A stretch of DNA of 64,000 bases from an uncultured Planctomycetota bacterium (GCA_963845755.1 CAWJTV010000020.1:704001-768000); one strand, 5' to 3'; shown: positions 12,059 to 22,972, counted from the stretch's first letter. The notes: a model not told the origin generated them from the letters alone. A program made the numbers and translations.

Positions 12059-14225
12059 TGCACGGGCCGTCAATCGCACGGACAGATCAATCGACGAGAC
12101 TCCATCGACCTCCACCTTCGGCCAGAGGTCGAGCTCGAAGATTGGCGATCGGCATCTCGATCGACTCGCGATCGTGTACGTGCGGCAGTCGACGCCGCAG
12201 CAAGTCCTCGAGAACCGCGAGTCTCGCGAACGGCAGTATGCTCTGGCGCAGTTCGCGCAACGGCTCGGTTGGCCCGCAGAGCGGGTGGTGATCATCGACG
12301 AGGATCAGGGCCACGGCGGCAAGTTGACCGACCATCGCACGGGCTTCCAGCGGTTGATGACGGAAGTGAGCTTGAACCACGTGGGGATCGTGCTGGGGTT
12401 GGAGCTTAGCAGGGTGTCGCGGTCGAATACCGAATGGCATCGTCTTATCGACGTCTGCGGCATCTTTCGCACCCTGCTATGCGATCAAGATGGCGTCTAC
12501 GATGCCTTGGACAGTAACGATCGTCTCCTCCTTGGCATGAAAAGCGCAATGAGCGAATACGAATTGATTACTATGTACAATCGTTTGCTTCGAGGCAGTC
12601 GGAACAAAGCGGAGCGCGGCGAGCTGTTCCTGGCCGTTCCGCTGGGATACCTCAAGACGGCCACGGGCGAGATCATTCAAGAGCCTGACGAGCAGGCGCG
12701 TGGAATGATTCAGTTGGTGTTCGAGAAGTTCGAGGAACTCGGTTCCGCCTACGCGGTCTTCCGTTACCTGGTCGTGAACAACCTGCAACTGGGATTTCGC
12801 CGTCATCGCGGTGGGCGCATTGGGGAGCTGGAGTGGAAGCCAGCCTCTCCCAGTCGAGTCCTGTCGATCTTGCGACACCCCATCTATGCGGGGGCATACG
12901 CTTATGGCCTACATCGCGCGGGGACGAAGAATCCCACGACGGGTCGAGCCGAAGGCGGCAAGTGGTTCGTGCCGCCCGAGGAGTTGGCCGTGTTCCTGCC
13001 GGATCGGCTCCCAGCGTACATTAGCTGGGATCGCTATCTCGCGAATCAGGAACGCCTCAAACAGAATCGATCGCTCCACGACACGCGGGGCGTGCCCAAA
13101 CGCGGCGAGGCCTTGCTGCCCGGCCTGGTCGTCTGTGGGAAATGCGGCCGCCACATGACGACGCGATACAAGGCCGACAAGAAGCCCGGCTATCACTGCG
13201 GCGAGTATTGGCGGCTGGCCCTGGACGAGCCGTGCGGGTGCATCTCGGCAAAGACGCTGGACGACCTGGTCGCGAAGGAAGTGCTCCGCGCGTTGGAGCC
13301 CGCTGCGCTGGACCTGAGCCTACGCGCGATCGAGAACGCCGAGCGAGAGCGCAAGCGCCTCCACGACCATTGGCGTCAGACTCTGGAACGCGCACGCCAG
13401 GAGGTCGAGAGGGCCGAGCGGCAGTATCAGGCCGTGGAGCCCGAGAACCGACTCGTGGCGCGGACACTCGAGGCGCGGTGGGAGGACGCGCTGAAGAAGC
13501 AGCGTCAAACGGAGGAGGATTACCATCGGTTCCTGACGAGACTGCCGGCGACGCTGAACGACGCCGATCGCCAACGGATTCGATCGCTCTCCGAGAGCGT
13601 CGCCGCGCTCTGGCACGCACCAGGCACGTCGGCGATGGATCGCAAGCAGATCGTGCGCTGCGCGGTGGAGCGGGTCATTGTCGTGGCCGACAAGGCGACT
13701 GAGCTCAACGAGGTAACGATCGTTTGGCTCGGCGGCATGACAACCCAACAGCAGGTCGCGAGGCCAGTCGGCAGGTATGAGCAATTGAAGGATTTTCGAC
13801 GCCTCACGGAACGAATCAAGCAACTCCATCGAGAAGGACTTCACCTGTCGCAGATCGCCGCGCGGCTCAATGCCGAGGGCTTCGTCCCGCCGCGCCGTCG
13901 CGGCGTGTTCACGGCGGGAACGATCGGGGCGTTGGTCCGTGAACTTGGGCTGGTCGGAGAACTGTTCCGCGACGACCTCGTCGGCCAGGACGAGTGGTGG
14001 ATCCCCGACTTGGCCGGGAAACTCGGCGTCATCGCCCAGAAGGTCCATTATTGGATCAAGCAGGGTTGGGTCCATTCGCGGCGTACGCCTTCGGGAAAGC
14101 ATCTGATCGTGTGGGCCGACAAGGACGAGGTTCGTCGCCTGCGACAACTGGCCAGACGAAAGAACTCCTGGATCGCCGCCCGGCACCCTGAGTTGGTCGT
14201 TCCCAAGGACCGTCCCGACCGGTAG
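12045..14225 (+). CDS. Large serine recombinase (resolvase + recombinase + Zn ribbon + coiled coil)
   Basis: AIVYVRQST catalytic Ser motif, ELSRVSR, VPLGY, LLPGLVVCGKCG..YHC..C. Confidence 0.92.
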   Translation: MKSRDARAVNRTDRSIDETPSTSTFGQRSSSKIGDRHLDRLAIVYVRQSTPQQVLENRESRERQYALAQFAQRLGWPAERVVIIDEDQGHGGKLTDHRTGFQRLMTEVSLNHVGIVLGLELSRVSRSNTEWHRLIDVCGIFRTLLCDQDGVYDALDSNDRLLLGMKSAMSEYELITMYNRLLRGSRNKAERGELFLAVPLGYLKTATGEIIQEPDEQARGMIQLVFEKFEELGSAYAVFRYLVVNNLQLGFRRHRGGRIGELEWKPASPSRVLSILRHPIYAGAYAYGLHRAGTKNPTTGRAEGGKWFVPPEELAVFLPDRLPAYISWDRYLANQERLKQNRSLHDTRGVPKRGEALLPGLVVCGKCGRHMTTRYKADKKPGYHCGEYWRLALDEPCGCISAKTLDDLVAKEVLRALEPAALDLSLRAIENAERERKRLHDHWRQTLERARQEVERAERQYQAVEPENRLVARTLEARWEDALKKQRQTEEDYHRFLTRLPATLNDADRQRIRSLSESVAALWHAPGTSAMDRKQIVRCAVERVIVVADKATELNEVTIVWLGGMTTQQQVARPVGRYEQLKDFRRLTERIKQLHREGLHLSQIAARLNAEGFVPPRRRGVFTAGTIGALVRELGLVGELFRDDLVGQDEWWIPDLAGKLGVIAQKVHYWIKQGWVHSRRTPSGKHLIVWADKDEVRRLRQLARRKNSWIAARHPELVVPKDRPDR

Positions 14226-14541
14226 CAAGAGAGGCCGCCGATTCGTGGCGGCAGTAGCCCAACGTCTCAGGATTTGTGTAACGCCACAAGAACGAGGGTC
14301 CTGTGATGCCAGCATCAAGAGGCTCGAACGCGGCACCTTCCGCATCCCGGACGCGGCGGCCGATCGCGTCGAGATGACCACCGCCGAACTCGCCGCCCTC
14401 CTGGCCGGCATCGATCTGGACAAGGCCCGACGGCGCGTCCGCTACTCGCGGCCCGCCACTCCCCTTCGAAATTCGGAGAATAATCTACCGACAGGAGCAT
14501 AATGCGCCAACAATCGAGCACCCGTCAACGTAGTATAGGGT

Positions 14542-16118
14542 ATGATCACCCTCGCGGACCCACTCCCGGACGACCTGGAGGCGGCCCATCAGCTCATCCG
14601 TGAGCTGCTCAAGTCGCTCGCCCAGCAGGTCCATCTCAACGAGAAGCTCCAGCACCAGCTCGAGCAGCTCCTCCGCCAGCGCGACGGTCCCAAAGGGGAG
14701 CGGATCGACCCGGCCCAGCTCTTGCTCTTCGCCCGGGAGATCCTGGAGCAGGCCGAGGCGGCGCCGACACCCGCCCCGACCCCGGAGCCGGCCCCGGCCC
14801 CGACGCCCGCTCCGAGTGCGGCCCAGAAGAAGGGCCACGGACGCAAGCCGTTGCCGGCGAGCCTGCCCCGAGTGCCGGTCTTGCACGACGTCCCGCCCGA
14901 ACAACGCACTTGCCCCGACTGCGGCGCCGACGCGCACCTGCATCGGCCGGGAAGTCCGCGAGCAACTCGAATTCATCCCCGCCCGCCTGGTCATCCTCGA
15001 ACACATCCGCCCCAAGTACGCTTGCCAGGACTGCCAGGCCAACGTCGTGATCGCCGACGTGCTCCCCGAGCCGATCGACAAGGGCCTGCCAGGCCCGGGG
15101 CTGCTGGCTTACGTCGCCGTCAGCAAATATGCCGATCACTTGCCGCTCTATCGCCTCGAGGGAATCCTCGATCGCTCGGGCGTCGAGTTGTCGCGGTCGA
15201 CGATGTGCGACTGGATGGCCACGATCGCCGATCTGCTCAAGCCGATCGTCGATCTGATGCTGAAGAAGATCCTCAGCTCCAGGGTCGTCCAGAACGACGA
15301 CACGACGGTGCCGGTGCAGGACCACGACGGCAAGGGGATCAAGACCGGCCGGCTCTGGGTCTCCGTCGGCGACCGCGGCCATCCTTACGTGGTCTATCGC
15401 TACACGCCGGACCGCAGCGCCACCGGGCCCCGGGAGATCTTCAAGGACTTCCAGGGTTATCTCCAGGCCGACGCCTATTCGGCCTACGACGGCCTGTACA
15501 AGTCGGGCGAGATTATCGAGGTCGGCTGCATGATGCACGCGCGACGGAAGTTCTACGAGGCGCGGACCGTTCGACCCGCAACGGTCCCATCAGGCGCTGG
15601 CATGGATCAGCCTGCTCTACGACGTCGAACGCGACGCCAAGAAGCGCGCGACCGCGGACTACGAGGCCTTCGTCGCGTTCCGGCACGAACTGCGAAACGA
15701 GCGATCGCGTTCGATCTTCGACAAGTTTCACGCCTGGCTGGAAGCCGAGCAGCCCAAGGTTCTGCCCAAGAGTCCGATCGGCGAAGCGATCCAGTATGCC
15801 TTGAACCATTGGGAGGCCCTGAAGCGTCCGTTGGAGGCCGGGTTCCTCGAACTGGACAACGGTGCGTGCGCGTGCGCGTTCAAGCCCGTGGCGCTGGGAC
15901 GGAAGAACTGGTTATTCGCGGGGAGCGACCAGGGAGGCCAGACGGCGGCCGTGTTGATGAGCTTGTGCACGACCTGCAAGAATCTGGGGATCGACCCCCA
16001 GGCTTACCTCCGCGATGGGCTCGATCGGATCAGCACGCACCCGGCGAAGCGGATCGACGAACTGCTGCCGGACCGCTGGCAGGAGTTGCACCAGGCCGGC
16101 GCCGACGGGACTGAGTGA
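14542..16118 (+). CDS. tnpC: IS66 TnpC DDE transposase (apparent frameshifts)
   Basis: GHGRKPLP, CPDCG, SKYADHLPLYR, DDTTVPV, LQADAYSAY, CMMHARRKF, ELDNG..GRKNWLFAGS. Confidence 0.9.
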
Positions 16119-16335
16119 CCGCACCCGAGCCCCGCGCTCCTCGTCACCCCGGACGAGCGCGGGGCGATTGCGCGCGCCCTCAAGGTTTGTCCCGCCCCAA
16201 GTTCGTCTCGGCCCGGCGCGAGCGCGGGATGATCGCGTGCGCCGAGCACAGTGAAAGAATCAAGACGGTGCCCCGAACATCATCTCACGCCCGTGAACCG
16301 CTTTGAAGATGTGGTTCACCGGACGCACTCGACCA

Positions 16336-16368
16336 GTTTGTATGCTCTGGCGGTCGGATGCGGGTCTC
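16336..16368 (-). ncRNA. Displaced 5' strand of Y-RNA-like unit 1 (remainder at 39759-39882)
   Basis: Reverse complement GAGACCCGCATCCGACCGCCAGAGCATACAAAC matches the motif at 40186, 41638, 44012; joins 39759 through the shared target duplication. Confidence 0.6.
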
Positions 16369-16474
16369 CGGCACGTCCGAGTGTGACCTCGGCTCATGCG
16401 GGAATTCAGACGCATGACGCTGCGAGGATGTTCGCGCCAGGGAAGATTATTTGAGACAGGCCGTGGCCTGAGCC

Positions 16475-17536
16475 TCACTCGGCCGCCCTCGCCGAAAGTA
16501 CGGGCTCCGTCGCTTCATGACGGCCGTTCTGATAGACGGCTCGCTCGGCGGTCGCTGAGAACGTTCTCACAGCCGGCGTTGACGTGGTCCGGCCAGGAAT
16601 CCACGCTTCCACAACCCGTCTCACCGCTTCGGCGGGCAGGAACGACGCACAGCCGACCAGCATGATGAGCCCGAACGTCCACATTCCGAGGCAGGCACCG
16701 ATCCCGATGTGGAGCGCAACCCCCAAGGTGAGGACGAGAGGCCGCAGTCTCGGCACCCAGATCAGGGCGCAAAAAGACAATTCCCAGAGGACCGAGACGT
16801 GAGTCATGAAATCCAGGAGCCGTGGGTGCCAGGCGAGCCAGGTCATGTCGATCGACTGGTACTCCAGGTTGGCGAACGCCCGCCACATCGCCTCGCCATT
16901 CCACCAGGCCGGGCCCTGGAGCTTGGAAATGCCGGCGAAGAAATAGATGACGCACATGTGGACGTTGATCAGTCGCAACCCCAGGTTTGCTCCGGCACTC
17001 GGCGCCGGACGCCCGGCCGGGGCCCCGCTCCGTCGTAGGGCCAGCCAGCGATCCAGCGAGAGCGCCGCTCCGCTGGGTCCGATGGTCAGGTACAGGGTGA
17101 GCATCGCGTTGATCTGGTCGAGACCGAACGTGGCCGCCGGAACCCGGTGCGCGAAGGAGAGCGTGACCACCAGCGCCAGGATCGAGGTCACGCGCGTCCA
17201 CAGGCCGAACGTGAATAACGCGAGGACGACCATCGAAAGGCCCCAGGCGATCCAGATCCACCCTTGGGGAACGAGCCACCAGAAGGAATAGATGTACGAT
17301 CCTTGCTGGAGCGTTCGCACGAGACGTTCGCTCAGCCAGCTCCCTGGTCCGAAGAAATCGCCCAGCACCAGGCCCCAGACCGCGTGCGTGTAGAGCAGCA
17401 TCAAGCCCGTCAGGACGCGCAGAACTCCGAGGAGTGTCGGGTCGGCCGGGGTAAACCAGAAGGCATTCCACGCCTCCGCCGTCGCCTGGGCGGACTCTTC
17501 CACATAGCGGAAGACCGGGTTCAGTAACCTTCGCAT
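16475..17536 (-). CDS. HTTM-domain (SdpB / vitamin K-dependent carboxylase-like) membrane protein
   Basis: LGVLRVLTG, FGLDQ, ALSLDRW, IYFFAGISKLQGPAWWNGEA, LHIGIG..MWTF. Confidence 0.85.
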   Translation of the reverse strand: MRRLLNPVFRYVEESAQATAEAWNAFWFTPADPTLLGVLRVLTGLMLLYTHAVWGLVLGDFFGPGSWLSERLVRTLQQGSYIYSFWWLVPQGWIWIAWGLSMVVLALFTFGLWTRVTSILALVVTLSFAHRVPAATFGLDQINAMLTLYLTIGPSGAALSLDRWLALRRSGAPAGRPAPSAGANLGLRLINVHMCVIYFFAGISKLQGPAWWNGEAMWRAFANLEYQSIDMTWLAWHPRLLDFMTHVSVLWELSFCALIWVPRLRPLVLTLGVALHIGIGACLGMWTFGLIMLVGCASFLPAEAVRRVVEAWIPGRTTSTPAVRTFSATAERAVYQNGRHEATEPVLSARAAE

Positions 17537-18102
17537 CGGAACGTCCCCAAGGACTCCTCTTCGTAACTCTCCGGATCCGACAGGCGTCCGCCGTCGCGGA
17601 CGCGCTCCATGGTCGGCAGGTTGTGCGTCTGCTGGAACAGCGTTACCTGAGTTGCGCCGAACTTCCGGCCGATGTGTTGAGCATACGAATCATACCACAA
17701 AGGCTCGAGCTCCTCCGACGCGTCGTTCATGTGCTCCGTCAGCATGAAGTAACGGTGATAAAGCAGCCGGGGTTGCGTCGCGCGATCGGGGATCCGGCCG
17801 TGGACGACTGTGCCATCCGGGCGCTCCGCGACATATCTCAGGAGTGTGCTCTCCGCCGGCTCGGGGGCGAAGAAGTGGTATCCATGGTCGAGATACAAGA
17901 GTTCGATGTACGGCTGGAACCAACCCCACGTTTCGCGGATCAGGTCGGATGACGGCTCCACTACGGCCGGGGCGATGATCACGGCGGCAACGTGAAAGAT
18001 CAGCCAGAAATTCAGCAGCCTCCGGAGAAAACGGGGACTCGGCCAGGAGACGGGTATGGCTTCTCCGGGAATGACCAGCTCGGGATCCCTGACGTTGTTC
18101 AC
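17521..18102 (-). CDS. SdpA/DUF5819-like partner of the HTTM protein
   Basis: N-terminal TM, GYHFFAPEP motif; overlaps HTTM start; likely GTG start at 18102. Confidence 0.6.
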   Translation of the reverse strand: MNNVRDPELVIPGEAIPVSWPSPRFLRRLLNFWLIFHVAAVIIAPAVVEPSSDLIRETWGWFQPYIELLYLDHGYHFFAPEPAESTLLRYVAERPDGTVVHGRIPDRATQPRLLYHRYFMLTEHMNDASEELEPLWYDSYAQHIGRKFGATQVTLFQQTHNLPTMERVRDGGRLSDPESYEEESLGTFRCEGY

Positions 18103-18240
18103 AAACTCACCTCGCTCTCCCAGTACCAGAAGGAGAAACGGCCCGGGAAGACGCACGAAGTGGTCTGCCCGGGACGTTTCGCCCTTGACCCACATTGTGC
18201 CAGCCCGCTGGCAGAGGCCCAGGGACGGCAATCATTCAGT

Positions 18241-18678
18241 TCAATACGAGCCGCCGGAACCCCAAACGGGACCGGTGCTGTACGAAGCCCCACCGCTCGA
18301 GCCGCCGCTCGAACCCTGGCTACGCTTGTGCTTGCTCATGAAGCCGCCACTGGATCCACCGCTCGAACCCTGGCCACCATGATGCTTGCTGAAGAAGCCG
18401 GCGGAGCTGCCGCCGCTCGAACCTCCGGAAGAACCACCGCTGGAACCGTGGCCGAGCTTGTGCTTGCTCATGAACCCGCCGCCGCTCGAGCCGTGGCCGA
18501 GCTTGTGCTTGCTCATGAACCCGCCGCCGCTGGAACCACCACCACCGCTGGAACCACCACCACCGCTGGAACCGCCACCACTGGAACCGTGGCCAGCGAA
18601 GGCCGTCCCTGTCCCGCAGAACAGGACCATGGCGCTCAGGGCAGCGCCGGTGAAGAAGAACCGACGAAACGTGCTCAT
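18241..18678 (-). CDS. Secreted Gly/Ser-rich protein with four F[MF]SKH[KH] repeats
   Basis: AAGGAG RBS, signal peptide MSTFRRFFF..TAFA, GSSGG linkers separating FMSKHKL x2, FFSKHH, FMSKHKR. Confidence 0.75.
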   Translation of the reverse strand: MSTFRRFFFTGAALSAMVLFCGTGTAFAGHGSSGGGSSGGGGSSGGGGSSGGGFMSKHKLGHGSSGGGFMSKHKLGHGSSGGSSGGSSGGSSAGFFSKHHGGQGSSGGSSGGFMSKHKRSQGSSGGSSGGASYSTGPVWGSGGSY

Positions 18679-19235
18679 GGGAACTCCTTGTGAGTTGCGA
18701 ACCGCTCTTGATGAAAACGCCAGGTAACTCCCAGGGCGTATCCGGCCCCGCCTGCCCGTCTTGTACCTCGTCACGTGCCTGCGATAACCTCCGAATCAGG
18801 TTAATTTCAGGACGTCCGATTCAAGCCAGGACCGGCACCCTTGGGGTGCACCGTTCAGCCCAGACCCGCAAATCAACGCCGCCCTCAAGGAGTGAGGAGC
18901 CGAACCATGGAGTCTCCCTCTGATAAGAACAGTAAACTGTTCGCTCTACAGAGACTGTTGGGTCTGTGAAGGCTGGTCGGTAAAAAGATACTGGATAATT
19001 TGGGAAAATCAAATAGTTAATGTCAACTTGGCAGAACTAAGACTCTCTCCTGCCTCTCTTCCACTCCTGGGCTGGCAAAGTAAGACCAGGTAGGCAATGT
19101 AAGCTAAATGTGAGGGGACTGGATCCGTTCGCGTGAACTGGCGTTGAGTCGCACGATTTCGCCCATTCGATTGGCTTCACGTTCTTGGAATCCGAATCGA
19201 GCCGTGCGGGGACGTAAGGCGGCACTGCGTTCTTC

Positions 19236-19277
19236 ACGAACACCGTTCTTGACGAACACTGTTCGTTACAATAAACT
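19236..19277 (+). promoter_or_regulatory. Sigma70-like promoter with overlapping palindromic TetR operators; probably leaderless mRNA
   Basis: TTGACG 19249-19254, 17-bp spacer, TAAACT 19272-19277; ACGAACACTGTTCGT palindrome and second copy ACGAACACCGTTC; ATG 7 nt after the -10 box. Confidence 0.6.
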
Positions 19278-19377
19278 GTTTGGCATGAGCGACAGAATCC
19301 CTCGCGAAATCATCAGCCGCCGGAACCGGCCAGCGAAGGCTCCCTTGAGCCGGGACATTATTGTTTCGACAGCACTA

Positions 19378-22321
19378 GTGCTCTGTCACAGCTTAATTTT
19401 GGGGTAGATCGACTTCAATTTGGAGCGGGCATCGTCGATCTTCATCTGCCAATCCACTCCGCGCTGGGTGCTGTTGACGTCGGTTGACCAAGCGGTGGTC
19501 TCCACTCGCAGCGCCTGGGCATCACCGAAGCGGCGGCCGGCTATACACTGCCGCGTCAACGAGCTGAGCTCGTTCTCGGCGATGTTCAGCCAACTGCCGT
19601 GCTTGGGGGTGTAGCAGAACTCGATGCGGCGGACCAACTGGCGAGCACGGGGCGGTGCAAAGACTTCGTAGAAGGCACCCTTGGTGTGCGTGTTCAAGTT
19701 GTCGCATACCACGATCACTCGCTCGGCACTGGCATAACGGCCCTCCAACAGCGCGGCCATCTCGATCGCCCAGTCGACCTTGGTCTTGGTATCCCGGACG
19801 GCCACCTCGCGCCAGCCCGCCAGCGGCTCGGTGAACATAAAGATGTTCGCCGTCCCGGCACGCTCGTATTCGTAGTCGAACGCGCTTGGCGTGTCGGCGC
19901 GTGGCAGGGATCGGCACGCGGGACTCCTTCAGCAATTGCACCGGCTGTTCGTCCATGGACAGGATCGGCCGCATCGAGTCGTAAGGCTTGGCGTAGGTCT
20001 CCAGCACCTCTTCCATGTGGGCCACGAACTCGCCGTCGGCCTCGGGCGGGATGACCCAGTACTCGATCTTGCGGTTGGTCATCCCGTTTTTTTCTAGGCT
20101 GGCAAAGTTAGCTGGAGGCAGCGGTGCTCCAAGTCCTTGAGGTAGGCCTCGGGATTGTGGCGGAACCGGCGTTGCTTCCGCCGCGATTCCCGCCGCACCT
20201 CCAGTTCCGCGCCAGTTCCTTCCAATCCTCAACATAGCCCGGGCTCAACACCAAGCCTTCGTCCGGCCGCAGCCGCGTCGCCAGCCCCGAGATCACCCGC
20301 GCCGAGCCCATCACCACCAGGCCCGGCGACCCCCGACGCCGACCGCTGGCCCGGCGCTCGTGGTAGCGATGACTGCCGAAGGTGTGCTCCAGGTCGTTAT
20401 TCGTCCGCGGCAGATCCGACGACTCGTAGCAGGCAAACAAGCCCGGCCAGTAGCTCCGGGTCACCTTCACGAACTGCTTCAAACCCGCCCGCACCGTGGG
20501 CTCGGTCTGTCGTCGCCGCCGCCCGGCGCATCCGCGCCAGCAGTTGCACCAGCCGCCGCCGCACTTTCTTCGCCGGCAGCCCCTCCTCGTTCTTGAGGAT
20601 CCGGGCGGCGCCGCTTGACCCATTGGTACGACTCCCGCACCGCCGGGAACAGCGCGGCCGTCTCCTCCAGCCCGCGCCGCAGCAATTGCCTCAGCCGTTT
20701 CAAGCCCCCGGGCAGGTCGCCCGCCGTGGCGACGACATGGTCCAGGCTGGCGGCAATCCGGCTCAATCGATCCTGCCGCTTCAGCCCGGAGGCCGACAGC
20801 GGTGGCAGTCCGTCGTCGGTCAAGGCCCCGCGCACCGCGGCGCAGTAGTCCCGCACCACCTCCGCCTCCGCGTCCTCCGCGTCGTCCTCCAGCGTCCTTC
20901 TCCGCCGCACGCTCGATCTTCCGGATGCCCCGCACCCGCTTCTTCAACTCTTTCTTGGCGTGGCGATCCGCCTCGTAGATCGGCTTGGCCGCCTCGCGGA
21001 GGTAGTGGAAATGGCAGAGCTGATGGGGGACACCTTTGAGGGCCATAGCCACGGCGTTGCGGATGCTCTCCTGACCGTCGGAGACCACGCCGGTGATCGG
21101 CACCGGCAGGGCCTTCCGCACCTGGTCGATCAGGCCGGCCAGGTCCTGGGCCGTGGACGACAGCAGGCTCTTGGCCAGGAGGATCTCGCCGGAGAGGCAG
21201 TCGCGCAGCACCCAGAGGACCTCGTGGCCGACATCCGGCTGCAGGCCGTCGATGGCCAGGATGACGCGGCCCTGCGGGCGCAACAGCGGACCGAGTCGCT
21301 GGGGATCGGCCGTGGCCAGGGACCGCAGCTCGTCGTAGCGGTCCAACAGGTTGGTGACGGTGCGTTCGGCCAGGATGAGCCCGCGGTGCGTGAGCTCGCG
21401 GTGGATCTCGGGGATGCTGCGGTGCTCGGCATAGCGGAGCCGGCCCACCAGGGCCATGACGTCGAGGCCGAACTCGTGATAGGGCAAGGCGAAGTGGGGC
21501 TCAGCCTCGGGGCGGTAGGGTCGGAGGAAGCGGGAGCAGGCGGGATTGGGGCAGCGTCGGATCGTCAGGGTCAGCCGGAAGACGCCGTCGAGGGTGCTGA
21601 TGGTGCGAAAGTTGTTGTAGTCGGCACCGGTCCGGTGCCGGCACTCGGGGCAGTTCAAGAGGACCGGGGTGAGGGTTAGGTCGCGATCGGGTTGCGGTCG
21701 AGGTCGTCGTCGTTTGTGGTTGCGCATGGAAAGCCTCCTCTGCTCTGTTCTGTTCTTACGTCCATTATACCAAGCCGAGGGGCTTCCCAGCTACTTTTGC
21801 TATCCTAGTTTTTTTCAGAGTCCGCCGCACCGTCTCGTAACTGACGGTTTCGACGATCCCCAGTTCCACCACCTTTCGAGCTAAGAGCCGCAGCGTCCAG
21901 TTGGCATAACCCGGGGGCGGTGACCCGAGCCGTGTGGCGATGATCTTCGCCTCCTGTTCGCCGTTGAGTCGCTTCTCGACCGGCGGCATCTGGCGCCTGC
22001 TGCGGTCCAATGCCTCTCGAAAGCCGTACTCCACGAGACGCTGACGAATGTTCTCGACGGTCTGCGTTCGGCATCCGAACGCCTCGGCGATGCGACGATC
22101 GGTCCAGTTCGGACCGTCCGCATCGGCCTTGAACAGGATCTGGGCGCGTCGAACCTTCTCGCTGGTTCCCTTCAACTTCTTGATCACGGCCGCCAACTCG
22201 TCCCGTTCCTCAGCCGTAAGCCGGACAATGTACTTCTTGTTCATGGGGGCCTCCTTGTTCCCCGTATCATCCACGGTCGCGGAGGTTTCCCCAACCCCAA
22301 TTTTTAGCTGTGACAAAGCAC
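19378..22321 (-). mobile_element. IS630-family element (orfA 22244->~21810, orfB ~20085->19386), interrupted at its frameshift site
   Basis: IRs GTGCTCTGTCACAGCT..GGGGT / ACCCC..AGCTGTGACAAAGCAC, TA target; WTLRLLA, MDEQP, CDNLNTH, TPKHGSWLNIAENE. Confidence 0.92.
20095..21807 (-). mobile_element. IS (ISNCY/IS256-like DDE transposase 21727->20108, frameshifted) nested in IS630
   Basis: IRs TAGGCTGGCAAAGTTAGCTGG / CCAGCTACTTTTGCTATCCTA; 9-bp duplication GTTTTTTTC; CPEC..C..C, IDGLQPD, VVSDGQ, QLCHFHY, TNNDLE. Confidence 0.85.
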
Positions 22322-22972
22322 TAGTCATTCTTGAGAAAGACGGCCTTGCCGGATTGAGCCTTCGGCGAGTTGCGACCGCATTGGATACTGGCGCGGCATC
22401 GCTTTATGTCTACCTGGCAAATCTCGACGAGCTGTATGCCCTGATGCTCGACGAAGCACTGGCGGCGGTCAAATTGCCCGAAGCTCTCGACCTACCCTGG
22501 CGGGATCGGTTGAAGACAATTCTCCTATCATATTTCTATGTTCTCAATGAACGGCAGGGCTTGGCTCAACTTGCCATGTCGACAATTGCCACTGGCCCCA
22601 ATTCACTGCGCATTTGGGAACGCCTCCTTGGTATTCTCAAGGAGGGCGGAGTGGATGATGTACGAGCCGTTTGGGTTGTAAACCTGTTACTCTTGTACGT
22701 CACGGCCATTGTCGCCGAACAGAGCAATTGGCGCGCGATTGGCCAAGACCTTGGGCGAGTGAAGAGCGCGTTATCTAATATATCTGTGGAGCAGTTTCCC
22801 ATCGTATCCGCGCTTTTTCGGGGGGGAATTCTCTCAGGCGGTGGCGACAGCGAAAGCCGCGTACTGTGGGCGCTCGATGTCATCATCAACGGCATCAAGG
22901 CCGACCACGCGCCGCCGCCTCGTATCGCCACGTAACGAAGACCACCGAGTACACGAACTCTGGAGAACTCCC

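Larger units (their letters stand above)
11734..14320 (+). mobile_element. Minimal large-serine-recombinase element inserted in IS66 tnpB
   Basis: CAAGA at both junctions (11729-11733, 14316-14320); contains only a small ORF and the recombinase. Confidence 0.8.
11526..14502 (+). pseudogene. tnpB: IS66 TnpB split by a 2.6-kb insertion (11526-11733 joined to 14321-14502)
   Basis: [36 protein letters not shown] | RLERGTF..ELAALLAGIDL; rejoining restores W-A-K-R-L-E. Confidence 0.9.
11080..16330 (+). mobile_element. IS66-family element, copy 1 (carries a serine recombinase element in tnpB)
   Basis: 24-bp imperfect IRs GTGTCCGTCCGGTGAAGTGCATCT / AGATGTGGTTCACCGGACGCACTC; tnpA-tnpB-tnpC; near-identical inverted copy at 34506-39758. 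Confidence 0.93.
19285..22935 (+). pseudogene. TetR-family regulator interrupted by IS630
   Basis: LSRDIIVSTAL | VILEKDGLAGLSLRRVATALDTGAASLYVY; TA duplicated at 19376 and 22322. Confidence 0.88.

Noticed and set aside
16410..16440. Sigma54 promoter for the Y-RNA/TROVE locus (TGGCGCG on minus strand)
   Set aside because: No GC at the required -12 spacing
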